A DNA stretch of 53,702 nucleotides from NCBI GenBank assembly GCA_905235205.1, contig CAJOKM010000003.1, positions 1 through 53,702 of the forward strand. Reading direction: 5' to 3'. Shown in pieces: positions 10,139 to 20,116 of this stretch; the stretch's first letter is position 1; each line of letters begins with the position of its first letter. Position numbers and translations under genes: made by a program. This DNA comes from an uncultured Clostridia bacterium. GTDB taxonomy: Bacteria > Bacillota > Clostridia > Christensenellales > CAG-138. Under the pieces are notes generated by a model. It was not told where the DNA came from, searched no databases, and saw nothing but the letters and a program-made list of their open reading frames with translations.

Positions 10139-10905
10139 GCGCAAAGGAAACGGAACCGGTCCGCGCGATCGGCAAAGCGTGTCGGCTGCTGGATCTTATG
10201 AAGGAAGCGCGCCGACCGATGTCGCTCGGCGAGCTTGCGGAAGCGACCGGCTGGGCCAAGAGCACGGTGCACGGACTCTTGCAGTCCATGCGCGGGGCGG
10301 GGCTTGTGGAGCAGAGCGCACAGAGCGGGCGGTATGAGCTCGGCATTCGTCTGTTCGAGTACGGAAACGCCGTGCAAAGCACGAAAAGTGTCCTCACACT
10401 CTGCACCGAACCGATGCGGCGGCTCGTGGAACGGACCGGGGAGTCCGCGACGCTTTCCATGCTCGACCGCGGCGAAGCGATGGTGCTTGCCCACGCGGAG
10501 GCGGACAGCAGTTTTCATATCGCGTCGGAGACCGGCGCGCATCTGCCCGCGTTTGCGACTGCGCAGGGCAAGGCGCTGCTGTCTTCCCTTTCGGACGCGA
10601 GCGTCAAGCGGATCTTCGAAGAACGGTATCAGCCGTTAACGCCGCACACGATCAACGATGCGAATCTGCTGCTTGCCGAGCTGAAATCGGTGCGTGCAAA
10701 CGGGTACGCGGTCGAAAACGGCGAGTTCAAGGTCGGCATTCGCGGCGTTGCCGCGCCGATTTACGACCACCTTGGCACGGTTCGCTACGCCATCGGGCTG
10801 ATCGGACTGTTCCGGCGCGTCGATTCCGACGAGTTCAGAGAAGCGACGGCGCGGGTTCTGGAAACGGCAAAGGAGCTGTCGGCCGCGCTCGGATACCGGG
10901 CATAA
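10135..10905 (+). CDS. IclR family transcriptional regulator
   Basis: N-terminal wHTH (LGELAEATGWAKSTVHGLL); TAQGKALL and GIRGVAAPI effector-domain motifs; ATGA overlap with nadE. Confidence 0.92.
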   Translation: MSAKETEPVRAIGKACRLLDLMKEARRPMSLGELAEATGWAKSTVHGLLQSMRGAGLVEQSAQSGRYELGIRLFEYGNAVQSTKSVLTLCTEPMRRLVERTGESATLSMLDRGEAMVLAHAEADSSFHIASETGAHLPAFATAQGKALLSSLSDASVKRIFEERYQPLTPHTINDANLLLAELKSVRANGYAVENGEFKVGIRGVAAPIYDHLGTVRYAIGLIGLFRRVDSDEFREATARVLETAKELSAALGYRA

Positions 10906-10941
10906 CGATTCCGGGGACGGGGAACAGGCGAGGGGGCGCGC

Positions 10942-11925
10942 ATGAAACACGAAAAACAAAAGTTCAAGATTTTGATGATCCGCGACCTGCTGCTGGAAAC
11001 GGACGAGCTGCATCCGCTGACGGTTGCGGACATTCTCGAGCGGCTCAAGGCGAACGGGATCGAAGCGGAGCGCAAGAGCGTTGCCGACGATCTTTTGACG
11101 CTGTCGGAATACGGCATGGACATTGAATCGGTCGCCGTCGGCAAGAAAAAGGGGTACTATCTTGCGTCGCGCGCGTTTGAGCCGGCGGAGCTTAGGATGC
11201 TGGTGGACAGCGTGCAGGCGGCCAAATTCCTGTCCGCGAAAAAGACCGCGCGGCTGATCAAAAAACTCGCGGCGCTTCAAAGCCGCGGCGAAGCGGCGCT
11301 TTTGAGACGCCAGCTCTACATGAACGAGCGCGGCAAGACGGAGAACGAGTCGATCTTTTACAACATCGACGCGGTGCACAGCGCGATCGCGGAGAACCGC
11401 GAGATCACGTTTTTGTACTGGCAGTACGACGTGAACAAAAAGCGCGTTCCGCGTAAAAACGGCGCGCGCTACCGTGTGAGTCCCTATGCGCTCGTGTGGG
11501 ACGACGAGTTCTATTACCTGATCGCGTTCGACGCGGAGGACGCTCGGCTCAAGCATTACCGCGTGGACAAGATGAACCGCATCACCATAACGGATACGCC
11601 GCGGACCGGCGCGGACGCGTTTGCGGCGATCGATATGTCCGCCTACACAAGCCGCAATTTCTCGATGTTCGCGGGCGAGGAAGCGGACGTCGTGCTCGAC
11701 TGCGACGCGTCGGTGATCGGTGTGATCGTGGACCGGTTCGGAACGGACGTTTCCCTGCATGAAACGCCGACCGGCTTTACCGCATTCGTGCGGGTGGCGG
11801 TGTCGGAGCAGTTCTTCGGCTGGATCGCCGCGCTCGGCGGCGCGGTGCGCATCCGTTCGCCCAAGGCGGTGCGGGACCGCTTTATGGAACTGCTGACGCG
11901 GGTGCAGACCGCGCAGCAGGCATAA
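10942..11925 (+). CDS. WYL-domain transcriptional regulator (wHTH-WYL-WCX)
   Basis: N-terminal HTH (ERKSVADDL); VSPYALVW..EFYYLIA...HYRVDKM WYL core; C-terminal FFGWIAALGG..RIRSP. Confidence 0.88.
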   Translation: MKHEKQKFKILMIRDLLLETDELHPLTVADILERLKANGIEAERKSVADDLLTLSEYGMDIESVAVGKKKGYYLASRAFEPAELRMLVDSVQAAKFLSAKKTARLIKKLAALQSRGEAALLRRQLYMNERGKTENESIFYNIDAVHSAIAENREITFLYWQYDVNKKRVPRKNGARYRVSPYALVWDDEFYYLIAFDAEDARLKHYRVDKMNRITITDTPRTGADAFAAIDMSAYTSRNFSMFAGEEADVVLDCDASVIGVIVDRFGTDVSLHETPTGFTAFVRVAVSEQFFGWIAALGGAVRIRSPKAVRDRFMELLTRVQTAQQA

Positions 11926-11951
11926 AAAAAGAGAGCCTGTTTGAAGCTCTC
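11924..11951 (-). terminator. Terminator between the convergent WYL and HTH genes
   Basis: gagagc/gctctc stem with T7 tail on the minus strand. Confidence 0.6.
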
Positions 11952-11970
11952 GGTCGGTTAGGTCGAATCC

Positions 11971-12348
11971 TTATTCGTTGAGCGGCGCTTCCTCTGCGTC
12001 GCTCAGCTTTGCAGAAAACAAAGCATACGCGTCGGCGTCGGTCACGCGCAGAAACTCGACGGCGGTTACGGCGCGGACCGCTTTTTTGCCTTCGGCATCC
12101 AGCCGCGCGTAGCGATCCAGAAGCTCCCGCTTTTCTCCGTCCAGGAAAACCGTGCTTTCGCCGGGAATCGGTTTGATATCCAGCACATCGCAGACATGCA
12201 TGATCGTCTCGAATGACGTGCCGCCGATGCCTTTTTGTAATGCGGTGACGATCGTGGACTGCGGAACGCCGATATACATGGAAAACTGCCGTACGCTGCG
12301 GAACTGTCTCTTGATTTCCGTCTTGATTAGTTTGGTTAGTTCGTCCAT
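11971..12348 (-). CDS. Small XRE/Cro-like helix-turn-helix protein
   Basis: SVRQFSMYIGVPQSTIVTAL HTH; C-terminal ELLDRYARLDAEGKKAV; GGAGG SD; TTGACG-17-TAAGAT promoter at 12397-12369. Confidence 0.75.
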   Translation of the reverse strand: MDELTKLIKTEIKRQFRSVRQFSMYIGVPQSTIVTALQKGIGGTSFETIMHVCDVLDIKPIPGESTVFLDGEKRELLDRYARLDAEGKKAVRAVTAVEFLRVTDADAYALFSAKLSDAEEAPLNE

Positions 12349-12506
12349 TTTCTACACCTCCGGTTTTTATCTTATCATGCGAGAACCGATTCGTCAATAA
12401 AAACCGGAAAAATAACAGGCAAAAACCCCCTGATTCTCTGATAAAACACGGGTTTTCGCTAAAAATGTATATACATATTGGCGAAATTCGGGCAGGTCGG
12501 CGCGCC

Positions 12507-12535
12507 TTGACGGATCGTCATAGGGGCGTTATACT
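12507..12535 (+). promoter_or_regulatory. Sigma-A promoter of the ABC exporter operon
   Basis: TTGACG, 17 nt, TATACT. Confidence 0.7.
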
Positions 12536-12629
12536 GAAAAGATCATAACCGTGAACGCGCCGGACGGTTGACCCGGTTCAACCGCCGGTTGATGGACGAA
12601 ACCGACGCAGGGTGGTAAACTGAAACCGT

Positions 12630-14357
12630 ATGAAAACGATTTTACCCTATCTGAAAGCCTATCGCGGAAAACTCGCGCTGACCGCCGTGCTGTGCGTCAT
12701 CTCGACGCTGGAGGGCGTGTTTCTGCCGCACCTGATGAGCCGCATCGTCGACGAGGGGATCGCCGCGGGCGATATGGGCGTGATCTGGACCTTCGGCGCG
12801 ATCATGTTCGGGCTTGCGCTGTGCTCCATGCTCTGCGCGCTTTTGACAAGCGCGGTCAACGCGCGCATCTCCGCCGGGTTTTCGCACGATCTCACCAGGG
12901 GAATGTTTCAAAAGGCGTCGGGACTGAACTTCGAGACGTTCTCAAAGATCGGCACGTCCGGTCTTCTGACGCGCTCGACGCACGACGTCATGACGATCTC
13001 CCAGGCGTCGTCGATGTTTGTGAACTTCGTGACCATCGTGCCGATCCTGGTGATCGGCGGCGCCGTGTTCGCCATGCTGTCCGACCGCGTGCTCGGCCTG
13101 ATTCTGCTATGCAGCACGCCGCTGGCGCTTTTGATCCTGTTTCCGATCGTGAAAAACCTCGATAAGCTGTGGAAGCTGTCCGACGAGTACATCGACGAGC
13201 AGAACCGGCTGATGCGCGAGCGGCTGTCCGGCATCCGCGTGATCCGCGCGTTCGACAAGGAAGCGCATGAGCACGGCCGCATCGCGCACGCGACCGAGGA
13301 GATGGCGAAGTACATCATCCGCGCCAATACGCGCGCAGGCTATGTGAACCCGATCTGCATGCTGGTTTTGAACCTTGCGACTGTGGTGATGCTTCTGATC
13401 GGCGCGCAGCGGCTGCAGGATCCGGCGCTTTTGCGCGCGGGACTGACCGCGGGCAAGATCATTGCCACCGTACAGTACGTCGCGCTGATCTTAAACGGCG
13501 TGATGATGCTGTCGTGGTCGTTTGTGTTCCTGCCGCATCTCAAGGTCTGCGTGAGCCGTGTTTCGGAGGTGCTGACGCTTCCGGACGATCCGGTCGAACC
13601 GGGCGACGGCACGCTGTATCCCGGCGAGCTTTCGTTGCGCGGCGTCGGGTTTCAGTACCCGGGCAGCGAGCTGATGATGCTCTCCGACATCGATATGACG
13701 GTGCATGCCGGCGAAACGGCGGCGCTGATCGGCGGCACGGGCAGCGGCAAGTCGACGCTTTTGAAGCTGCTTCTCGCGTTCTATCCGCCCACGACGGGTA
13801 CGATCTCGCTCGGCGGCAAGCCGTATGAAACGCTCGGCCGCGCCGCGGTGCGTGACAACGTATCCGCCGCGCTGCAAAAGGGCATGGTGTTCGAGGGGAC
13901 GCTATTGGACAACGTGCGCATGGGCAATCCGGACGCGACGGAAGAGATGGTGAAGGAAGCGCTTGACGTCGCGCAGATGACCGAGTTTTCAGAGTCGCAT
14001 CCGGAGGGGCTTTCGTACCGGCTCGCGCAGTCCGGCGCAAACATCTCCGGCGGGCAGAAGCAGCGCATCAGCATTGCGCGCACGATCATCAAGCCCGCGT
14101 CGGTCTATATCTTTGACGACAGCTTTTCCGCGCTCGATTTTTTGACCGAGAGCAAGCTTCGAAAGGCGCTGAACCGGTATCTTGCCGGCAAAACGCAGAT
14201 CATCATCACGCAGCGCGCGGCGACGGCGATGCGCTGCGACCGGATCTTTGTGCTCGAACAGGGACGGATCGTGGGCTCCGGCACGCACGACGCGCTGATG
14301 CAGAGCTGCGACGTCTATCGCGAGATCGTTCGCTCGCAGTTGGGAGGCGACGCATGA
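12630..14357 (+). CDS. Heterodimeric ABC exporter, subunit with degenerate nucleotide-binding site (TMD+NBD)
   Basis: N-terminal TM domain; GGTGSGKST; ISGGQKQR; degenerate Walker B IFDDS and switch ITQR. Confidence 0.92.
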   Translation: MKTILPYLKAYRGKLALTAVLCVISTLEGVFLPHLMSRIVDEGIAAGDMGVIWTFGAIMFGLALCSMLCALLTSAVNARISAGFSHDLTRGMFQKASGLNFETFSKIGTSGLLTRSTHDVMTISQASSMFVNFVTIVPILVIGGAVFAMLSDRVLGLILLCSTPLALLILFPIVKNLDKLWKLSDEYIDEQNRLMRERLSGIRVIRAFDKEAHEHGRIAHATEEMAKYIIRANTRAGYVNPICMLVLNLATVVMLLIGAQRLQDPALLRAGLTAGKIIATVQYVALILNGVMMLSWSFVFLPHLKVCVSRVSEVLTLPDDPVEPGDGTLYPGELSLRGVGFQYPGSELMMLSDIDMTVHAGETAALIGGTGSGKSTLLKLLLAFYPPTTGTISLGGKPYETLGRAAVRDNVSAALQKGMVFEGTLLDNVRMGNPDATEEMVKEALDVAQMTEFSESHPEGLSYRLAQSGANISGGQKQRISIARTIIKPASVYIFDDSFSALDFLTESKLRKALNRYLAGKTQIIITQRAATAMRCDRIFVLEQGRIVGSGTHDALMQSCDVYREIVRSQLGGDA

Positions 14358-16138
14358 AAACCCCGTCTTCTCCGAAAAAAACCGTTCTGCGCATTCTCAA
14401 AGATACGCGCCCGATCGCGGGCTGGCTTATCGTAGCGTCGGTTGTCAGCATCGTGTCCGTCGCGCTGTCGCTTTTGACGCCGGAGATCCTGCGTCTGCTG
14501 TCCGACCGGCTCTATATCTACTGGGACGCGGCGCATGCCGGAGCGTCCGTGCCATTCGACAACGGCGGGTTTGCGCGCGAGTGCATCATCCTTGCTGCCG
14601 CGTACGCCGGCAGTTCGCTTGCCGGAATCGGCGAAATGCTGATCATGAACAACGTGGTGTCGAGGCACTTCACCTGCGCGATCCGGATCGGCATGAGCGA
14701 TAAGATCCGGCGGCTGCCGGTGCGCTACATCGACCGCACGCCCAACGGCGAGATCATTTCGCACATGACCGACGACGTTTCCGTGCTCGGCACGACGGTG
14801 CACAGCTTTCTCGAAACGCTGATCTCGGGCGTGCTGAAGCTTCTGGGCATTATGGTGCTGATCTTCCGGCTGAACCCGATCCTCGCCGGCGCGGTCATCG
14901 TGCTGGTCCCTCTTTCGCTGTTTTTCTCGGCAAAGATCGCGGGCAAGAGCGAAAAATACTTTGCGGCCGTCCGCAAAAAGAACGGCGAACTGTACGCGCT
15001 GACGGAGGAAACGTTCTCGGGCTTCGACACCGTCAAGGCGTTCCACCTCGAAGACCGGCAGTGCGAACGGCAGGCGGCGCTCTGCGGCGAAATGCGCGAC
15101 GCGGCGCGCAAGGGCAACTTCCTGGCGTCGATCGTGCAGCCGATCGTTGCGCTGACCAACAACGTCGCGTATATCGCGATCTGCATCCTGGGCGGCGTGT
15201 TCGTCGCGAAGGGACTGTTCGGCATGAGCGTCGGCATGATCGTGGCGTTCGTGCTCTATGCGCGGATGCTGGCGGGCCCGCTTGAAAGCATTGCGCAGGG
15301 GTTTTCCATGCTGCAGAACACGATCGCGTCCGCCGAACGCGTGTACAAAATGCTCGACGAGGAGGAGATGACCGAGGCGACGGAGGAGACCGCGCCCGAA
15401 GGGATCGGCAACGTGCGCTTTGAAAACGTCGATTTCTCGTATGATCAAAAACAGCCGCTGATTAAGGGACTGTCGATCCGTGTGCGCGCAGGCGAAAAGG
15501 TCGCCATCGTCGGACCGACCGGCGGCGGCAAGACCACGATCGTCAATCTTCTGATGCGCTTTTACGACGTTGACGGCGGGAAGATCTACGTCGACGGCAA
15601 GGACGTGTATCGGATGCCGCGCAGCGAGCTTCGCAAGGCGTTCTCGATGGTGCTGCAGGACACCTGGCTGTTCTCCGGCACGATCTATGACAACATCGCC
15701 TACGGCCGTCCCGACGCGACCGAGGAAGAGGTGCACGAGGCGGCGCGGCGCGCGCATATCGACCGGTTCATCCGTTCGCTTCCCAATGGGTATCAGACCG
15801 TCATCAACGAGGAGACGACGAACATCTCCGGCGGACAGAAACAGCTTCTGACCATCGCGCGCGCATACCTTGCGAACCGCCCGATCCTGATCCTCGACGA
15901 GGCGACGAGCAACGTCGACACGCGCACCGAGATTCTGATCCAGAAAACGATGGACGACCTGATGCGCGACCGCACCAGCTTCGTCATCGCGCACCGGCTC
16001 TCGACGATCGTCGACGCCGATACGATCCTGGTCATCAACCACGGTTCGATCGTGGAGCAGGGTACGCATGCAAAGCTGCTTGAAAAGAACGGCTTCTATG
16101 CCGAAATTTACCACTCGCAGTACGAGCTTTTGAACTGA
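14354..16138 (+). CDS. Heterodimeric ABC exporter, consensus-site subunit (TMD+NBD)
   Basis: GPTGGGKTT, ISGGQKQ, ILDEATS and IAHRL; ATGA overlap with its partner. Confidence 0.92.
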   Translation: MKTPSSPKKTVLRILKDTRPIAGWLIVASVVSIVSVALSLLTPEILRLLSDRLYIYWDAAHAGASVPFDNGGFARECIILAAAYAGSSLAGIGEMLIMNNVVSRHFTCAIRIGMSDKIRRLPVRYIDRTPNGEIISHMTDDVSVLGTTVHSFLETLISGVLKLLGIMVLIFRLNPILAGAVIVLVPLSLFFSAKIAGKSEKYFAAVRKKNGELYALTEETFSGFDTVKAFHLEDRQCERQAALCGEMRDAARKGNFLASIVQPIVALTNNVAYIAICILGGVFVAKGLFGMSVGMIVAFVLYARMLAGPLESIAQGFSMLQNTIASAERVYKMLDEEEMTEATEETAPEGIGNVRFENVDFSYDQKQPLIKGLSIRVRAGEKVAIVGPTGGGKTTIVNLLMRFYDVDGGKIYVDGKDVYRMPRSELRKAFSMVLQDTWLFSGTIYDNIAYGRPDATEEEVHEAARRAHIDRFIRSLPNGYQTVINEETTNISGGQKQLLTIARAYLANRPILILDEATSNVDTRTEILIQKTMDDLMRDRTSFVIAHRLSTIVDADTILVINHGSIVEQGTHAKLLEKNGFYAEIYHSQYELLN

Positions 16139-16150
16139 GCAATTTTGCGG

Positions 16151-16179
16151 TTGCCCGATTCAAAAGCGTATGGTATAAT
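16151..16179 (+). promoter_or_regulatory. Sigma-A promoter of the sortase gene
   Basis: TTGCCC, 17 nt, TATAAT with extended -10 TG. Confidence 0.65.
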
Positions 16180-16229
16180 GCGCATATCAAAAACATTTCG
16201 GAAAGGAGATTGCCTTCGGGCACCATCAA

Positions 16230-17114
16230 ATGGAAGAACAGAAACAACAACAGCAGCCGTCCAAGGGCATGCGCGTATACCGCAAACTGCGCTGGGTCCT
16301 GATCCCGCTGGTCGTGGTCGCCATCGGGTTTTCGGCGTATCGCGTGATCTCGATCTTTACGGAATACCGCGCAAGCGAGCAGGCGTATGAGGCGATCAAC
16401 AACGAGTTTCTCATCGCGCCGCGCACACCGAATCCCGGCGCGTCCGATTCGGTGCCGTATGCGCCGGGCGAACCGGGCCAGCTCAACCCCTACGATCCTT
16501 CGGCGGGCGGCGATCCGCTGGATCCTTCTCAAGACGCGGTATCGCAGGGCATGGCGCCGATCGGCGTCGACTTTGAGCGGCTGCGCGCGGTCAACGACGA
16601 GTGCGTGGGCTGGATCTATATTCCGGATACCAACGTCAGCTTTCCGGTCATGCGGGCGCAGAACAACAGCAAGTACTTAAACCGCCTTCTGGACGGCACC
16701 AGGAACAGCGCGGGCTCGATCTTCATGGATTTTCGCTGCAATCCGGACCTAAGCGATCGCAACATCATTCTGTACGGGCACAACATGAGCAGCGGCGTGA
16801 TGTTTTCACAGCTGAAGAAATACCGCGACAAGGAGTTCTTCCTCGCGCATCAGACCGGCTATTACCTGACGCCGGACGCGGATTACGAGCTTACGATCGT
16901 GGTTTGCAAAACCGTTTCCGCAACCGGAGATGCATACTATCTGTATGAGGACGAAGCAGACTTTGTGAAGTATCTGAAAAGCGCCCGGAGCCACGCGGAT
17001 ATGAAGGTGGAGTTCGAACCGGAGAAAACGGAACAGATCTTTACGCTCTCGACCTGCACCAGCGGCGGGCAAAAGCGGCTTGTGCTGCTTGCGATTCCGA
17101 GGAAGCTCGGCTAA
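16230..17114 (+). CDS. srtB: Class B sortase
   Basis: N-terminal TM anchor; GWIYIPDT, GSIFMD, ILYGHNM, catalytic TLSTC and downstream Arg. Confidence 0.9.
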   Translation: MEEQKQQQQPSKGMRVYRKLRWVLIPLVVVAIGFSAYRVISIFTEYRASEQAYEAINNEFLIAPRTPNPGASDSVPYAPGEPGQLNPYDPSAGGDPLDPSQDAVSQGMAPIGVDFERLRAVNDECVGWIYIPDTNVSFPVMRAQNNSKYLNRLLDGTRNSAGSIFMDFRCNPDLSDRNIILYGHNMSSGVMFSQLKKYRDKEFFLAHQTGYYLTPDADYELTIVVCKTVSATGDAYYLYEDEADFVKYLKSARSHADMKVEFEPEKTEQIFTLSTCTSGGQKRLVLLAIPRKLG

Positions 17115-17297
17115 GCTCGTCGAAAAACAGGTTTTTCGACGTGGACCGCTGCGGCGGGACTTTGCGTTTTCGCCTATCATCCTGCGGATTTCCGGGCGGC
17201 GAAAACGAAAGGTGTCAAATGCACCGCACATGTCGCTGCATTTGACGAATGGATTTGAACCGTAAACGAACGACAGTTTTGCCGTTCGTTTTTCTTG

Positions 17298-17359
17298 TTG
17301 CCCCAGGAGCAGAACTATGATATACTATTTATAAATCTGCGCTCCCGATCCGGAGCGCA
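17298..17359 (+). promoter_or_regulatory. Promoter of the pullulanase gene with a downstream palindrome (candidate operator)
   Basis: TTGCCC-17-TATACT (17298-17326); inverted repeat tgcgctcc-N6-ggagcgca (17338-17359). Confidence 0.5.
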
Positions 17360-17392
17360 GCTGGATACCGATCAAAACAGGAGGGTGAAACG

Positions 17393-20074
17393 ATGCAGAA
17401 ACGTGCTTTGGCATTCCTTTTGACGCTTTTGCTGCTGCTCGGCGCGGTCGCATGTGACAAGTCCGTTCCGGCAGGTACGGACACGCCGGCGGATACGGAT
17501 GCGCCGGTGAGCACAGGTCCCGACGCGACAGAACCGCCGTCGACCGCGGCGCCGGTCGATGCGGGCGAGGAGTATTTCCTGCCCAAAGAGGACGGGACGC
17601 GGCAGCTGACGCTGTACTGGACGGCGGGATCGATCGACTTTGAGACGAGCGATATGTGGATCTGGTTCGCCGGCAAGGATGGGCGCGGATATCAGATGTA
17701 TCCGTGCGAGTACGGTGCAAAGTGCATGGTGAACGTGCCAAACGACGTAAGCGAGGTCGGATTCATCGTGCGCAAAAACTGCTCCGATCCGTGCGGCACG
17801 TCATGGGGCGAAGCGACCAAGGACTTCGACGGCGATCGCTTTGTCAAGATGGAGGGCGGCGACGTCGCCGTGTATCTCGTCTCCGGCGACGAAACCGTTT
17901 ATTACAGTGAGGACGGCGGAAAAACGCTTATGCAGAAAAAATCGGTCAATTCCATCGGGATCATTTCGGAAAACGAGATCCGCTACAATGTTTCGCCCGC
18001 GACGAAGCTCACGAGCCTTGATCAGGTCGCGGTATACGAGGGCGGCCGCCGGCTCGACGTGGAAAGCGTCTCGAGCATCGACAACACGGTGGTCTCCGGC
18101 GTGATCAGACTGAAGGAGAACCTGGATATCTCCAAGCAGTACGAGGTCGAGATCGAAGGCTTCGAACGCAGGACCGCGATCCCGACGGAGATCTTCGATT
18201 CCAAGGCGTTCATCCGCGACTGGACGTACAGCGGCGACGATCTCGGCGCGGTGATCCATGACGACAAGACCACGTTCAAGGTCTGGGCGCCGACGGCGAG
18301 CGCGGTCGCGCTGAACCTGTACGAATCCGGCGACGGCGGCGACGATCATCTGTCGATCCAGATGGAGCGCGGCAAGTACGGCACCTGGTTCACCACGCAG
18401 CGGGTCGGAAGCGGCACGTATTATACCTACTCGGTCACAACGGCGCTCGGAACGCAGGAGGCGGTCGATCCGTACGCAAAGGCGCTCGGCGTCAACGGCG
18501 ACCGCGGCATGGTCATCGATCTCAGATCGACCGATCCGGAGGGCTTCCGCAAGGAGGATACGTTCGTAAAGAACATCGACACCTACCGCGACGCGATCAT
18601 CTGGGAGGTCCACGTGCGCGATTTCTCCAACCGCATTGCGGATTCGAAGTACCCGGGCAAGTATCTCGCGTTTACCGAGACCGGACTCAAAAACGCGGCG
18701 GGTCAGCCGGTCGGCGTGGATTACCTTGCCGATCTCGGTATCACGCACGTGCATCTGCAGCCGGTTTACGACTATGCGACGGTCGACGAGAGCAGTGAAA
18801 AGCCGCAGTTCAACTGGGGATATGATCCGAAGAACTACAACGCGCCCGAGGGCAGCTATTCGACCGACCCGTATCACGGCGAGGTGCGTATCAACGAGTT
18901 CAAGCAGATGGTGCAGGCGCTGCATCGGCAGGGGCTCGGCGTGGTCATGGACGTTGTGTACAACCATACCTATGACGCGAACGCGAATCTGAACCGCATT
19001 GTTCCGTACTACTACTATCGCTATCTGCCGGACGGCACGAACGCGAACGGCAGCGGCTGCGGCAACGAGACCGCGTCCGAGCGCGTGATGTTCCGCAAGT
19101 TCATGGTCGACAGCGTGACCTACTGGGCGAAGGAGTATCATATCGACGGATTCCGCTTCGACCTCATGGGTCTGCACGATCTTGAAACCATGCAGGAGAT
19201 CGAACAGGCGGTGCATGCGGTCAATCCGCAGGCGATCCTCTACGGCGAGGGCTGGACCGGCGGCGCGACGCCGATGAATCCGAACCTGCAGGCGACGCAG
19301 GCGAATATCAGATCGATCGAAGCGTCGGGCAAAACGGGCGGCGTCGCGGTGTTCAACGACGCGATCCGCGACGGGCTGAAGGGCAGCGTGTTCAACGCGA
19401 CCGAAAAAGGCTACATCAGCGGCGATCCGAGCAAGGCGCGCGCGCTGAAGGTCGCGTTCGGCATCGAAGGCGCAGGCGGCAGCGGCCAGGGATGGAGGGT
19501 CGAAAACGCCATGACCGTCAATTACATGTCGTCGCACGACAACCGCACGCTGTGGGACAAACTGACGCTCTCGAACCCCGATGCGACGGACGAACAGAAA
19601 CAGCAGATGAACCGGCTCGGCGCGTCGATCGTCTTCATCAGCAAGGGCACGCCGTTTATGCTCGCCGGTGAGGAACTGCTGCGCACCAAAGGCGGCGACG
19701 GCAACAGCTACAAGTCCTCCGACGCGGTCAACAACCTCGATTGGGACGCGCTCGCGCCCGACAGCAGCGTGATGCAGATGCGCAATTTCTACCGCGAGCT
19801 CATCGCCATGCGCAAGGCGAACGACTTCCTGCGAAATGCCGACGTGACCTGCGAGGTGCGCGACGACGGAACGATCATAGCGGATTATGCGGAGAACGGC
19901 AGGACCGTCGCGCTCGCGATCATCAATCCGAACGGGGTCGATATGCCCTATACGCTTCCCGAGGGCGACTGGGGCGTGCTGATGTCCGGCTCGAACGTGA
20001 GCGCCGCGCCGTCCTCGACGGTCTCCGGTGAGATCATCGTGCCGCAGATGACGGTGTATCTGGTCAAACGATAA
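17393..20074 (+). CDS. pulA: Type I pullulanase (GH13), lipoprotein with N-terminal carbohydrate-binding module
   Basis: Lipobox AVAC; Pro/Thr/Asp linker; FKVWAPTA; FNWGYDP signature; GFRFDLMG, YGEGW and SHDN catalytic regions. Confidence 0.92.
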   Translation: MQKRALAFLLTLLLLLGAVACDKSVPAGTDTPADTDAPVSTGPDATEPPSTAAPVDAGEEYFLPKEDGTRQLTLYWTAGSIDFETSDMWIWFAGKDGRGYQMYPCEYGAKCMVNVPNDVSEVGFIVRKNCSDPCGTSWGEATKDFDGDRFVKMEGGDVAVYLVSGDETVYYSEDGGKTLMQKKSVNSIGIISENEIRYNVSPATKLTSLDQVAVYEGGRRLDVESVSSIDNTVVSGVIRLKENLDISKQYEVEIEGFERRTAIPTEIFDSKAFIRDWTYSGDDLGAVIHDDKTTFKVWAPTASAVALNLYESGDGGDDHLSIQMERGKYGTWFTTQRVGSGTYYTYSVTTALGTQEAVDPYAKALGVNGDRGMVIDLRSTDPEGFRKEDTFVKNIDTYRDAIIWEVHVRDFSNRIADSKYPGKYLAFTETGLKNAAGQPVGVDYLADLGITHVHLQPVYDYATVDESSEKPQFNWGYDPKNYNAPEGSYSTDPYHGEVRINEFKQMVQALHRQGLGVVMDVVYNHTYDANANLNRIVPYYYYRYLPDGTNANGSGCGNETASERVMFRKFMVDSVTYWAKEYHIDGFRFDLMGLHDLETMQEIEQAVHAVNPQAILYGEGWTGGATPMNPNLQATQANIRSIEASGKTGGVAVFNDAIRDGLKGSVFNATEKGYISGDPSKARALKVAFGIEGAGGSGQGWRVENAMTVNYMSSHDNRTLWDKLTLSNPDATDEQKQQMNRLGASIVFISKGTPFMLAGEELLRTKGGDGNSYKSSDAVNNLDWDALAPDSSVMQMRNFYRELIAMRKANDFLRNADVTCEVRDDGTIIADYAENGRTVALAIINPNGVDMPYTLPEGDWGVLMSGSNVSAAPSSTVSGEIIVPQMTVYLVKR

Positions 20075-20116
20075 CCGAAGAAATGCAAAAGAACTGCCGC
20101 TACCGCGGCAGTTCTC

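Noticed and set aside
10942-12348. WYL plus HTH genes as markers of a defence island or prophage
   Set aside because: Neighbours are housekeeping and transport genes; no nuclease, toxin, integrase or phage genes are present
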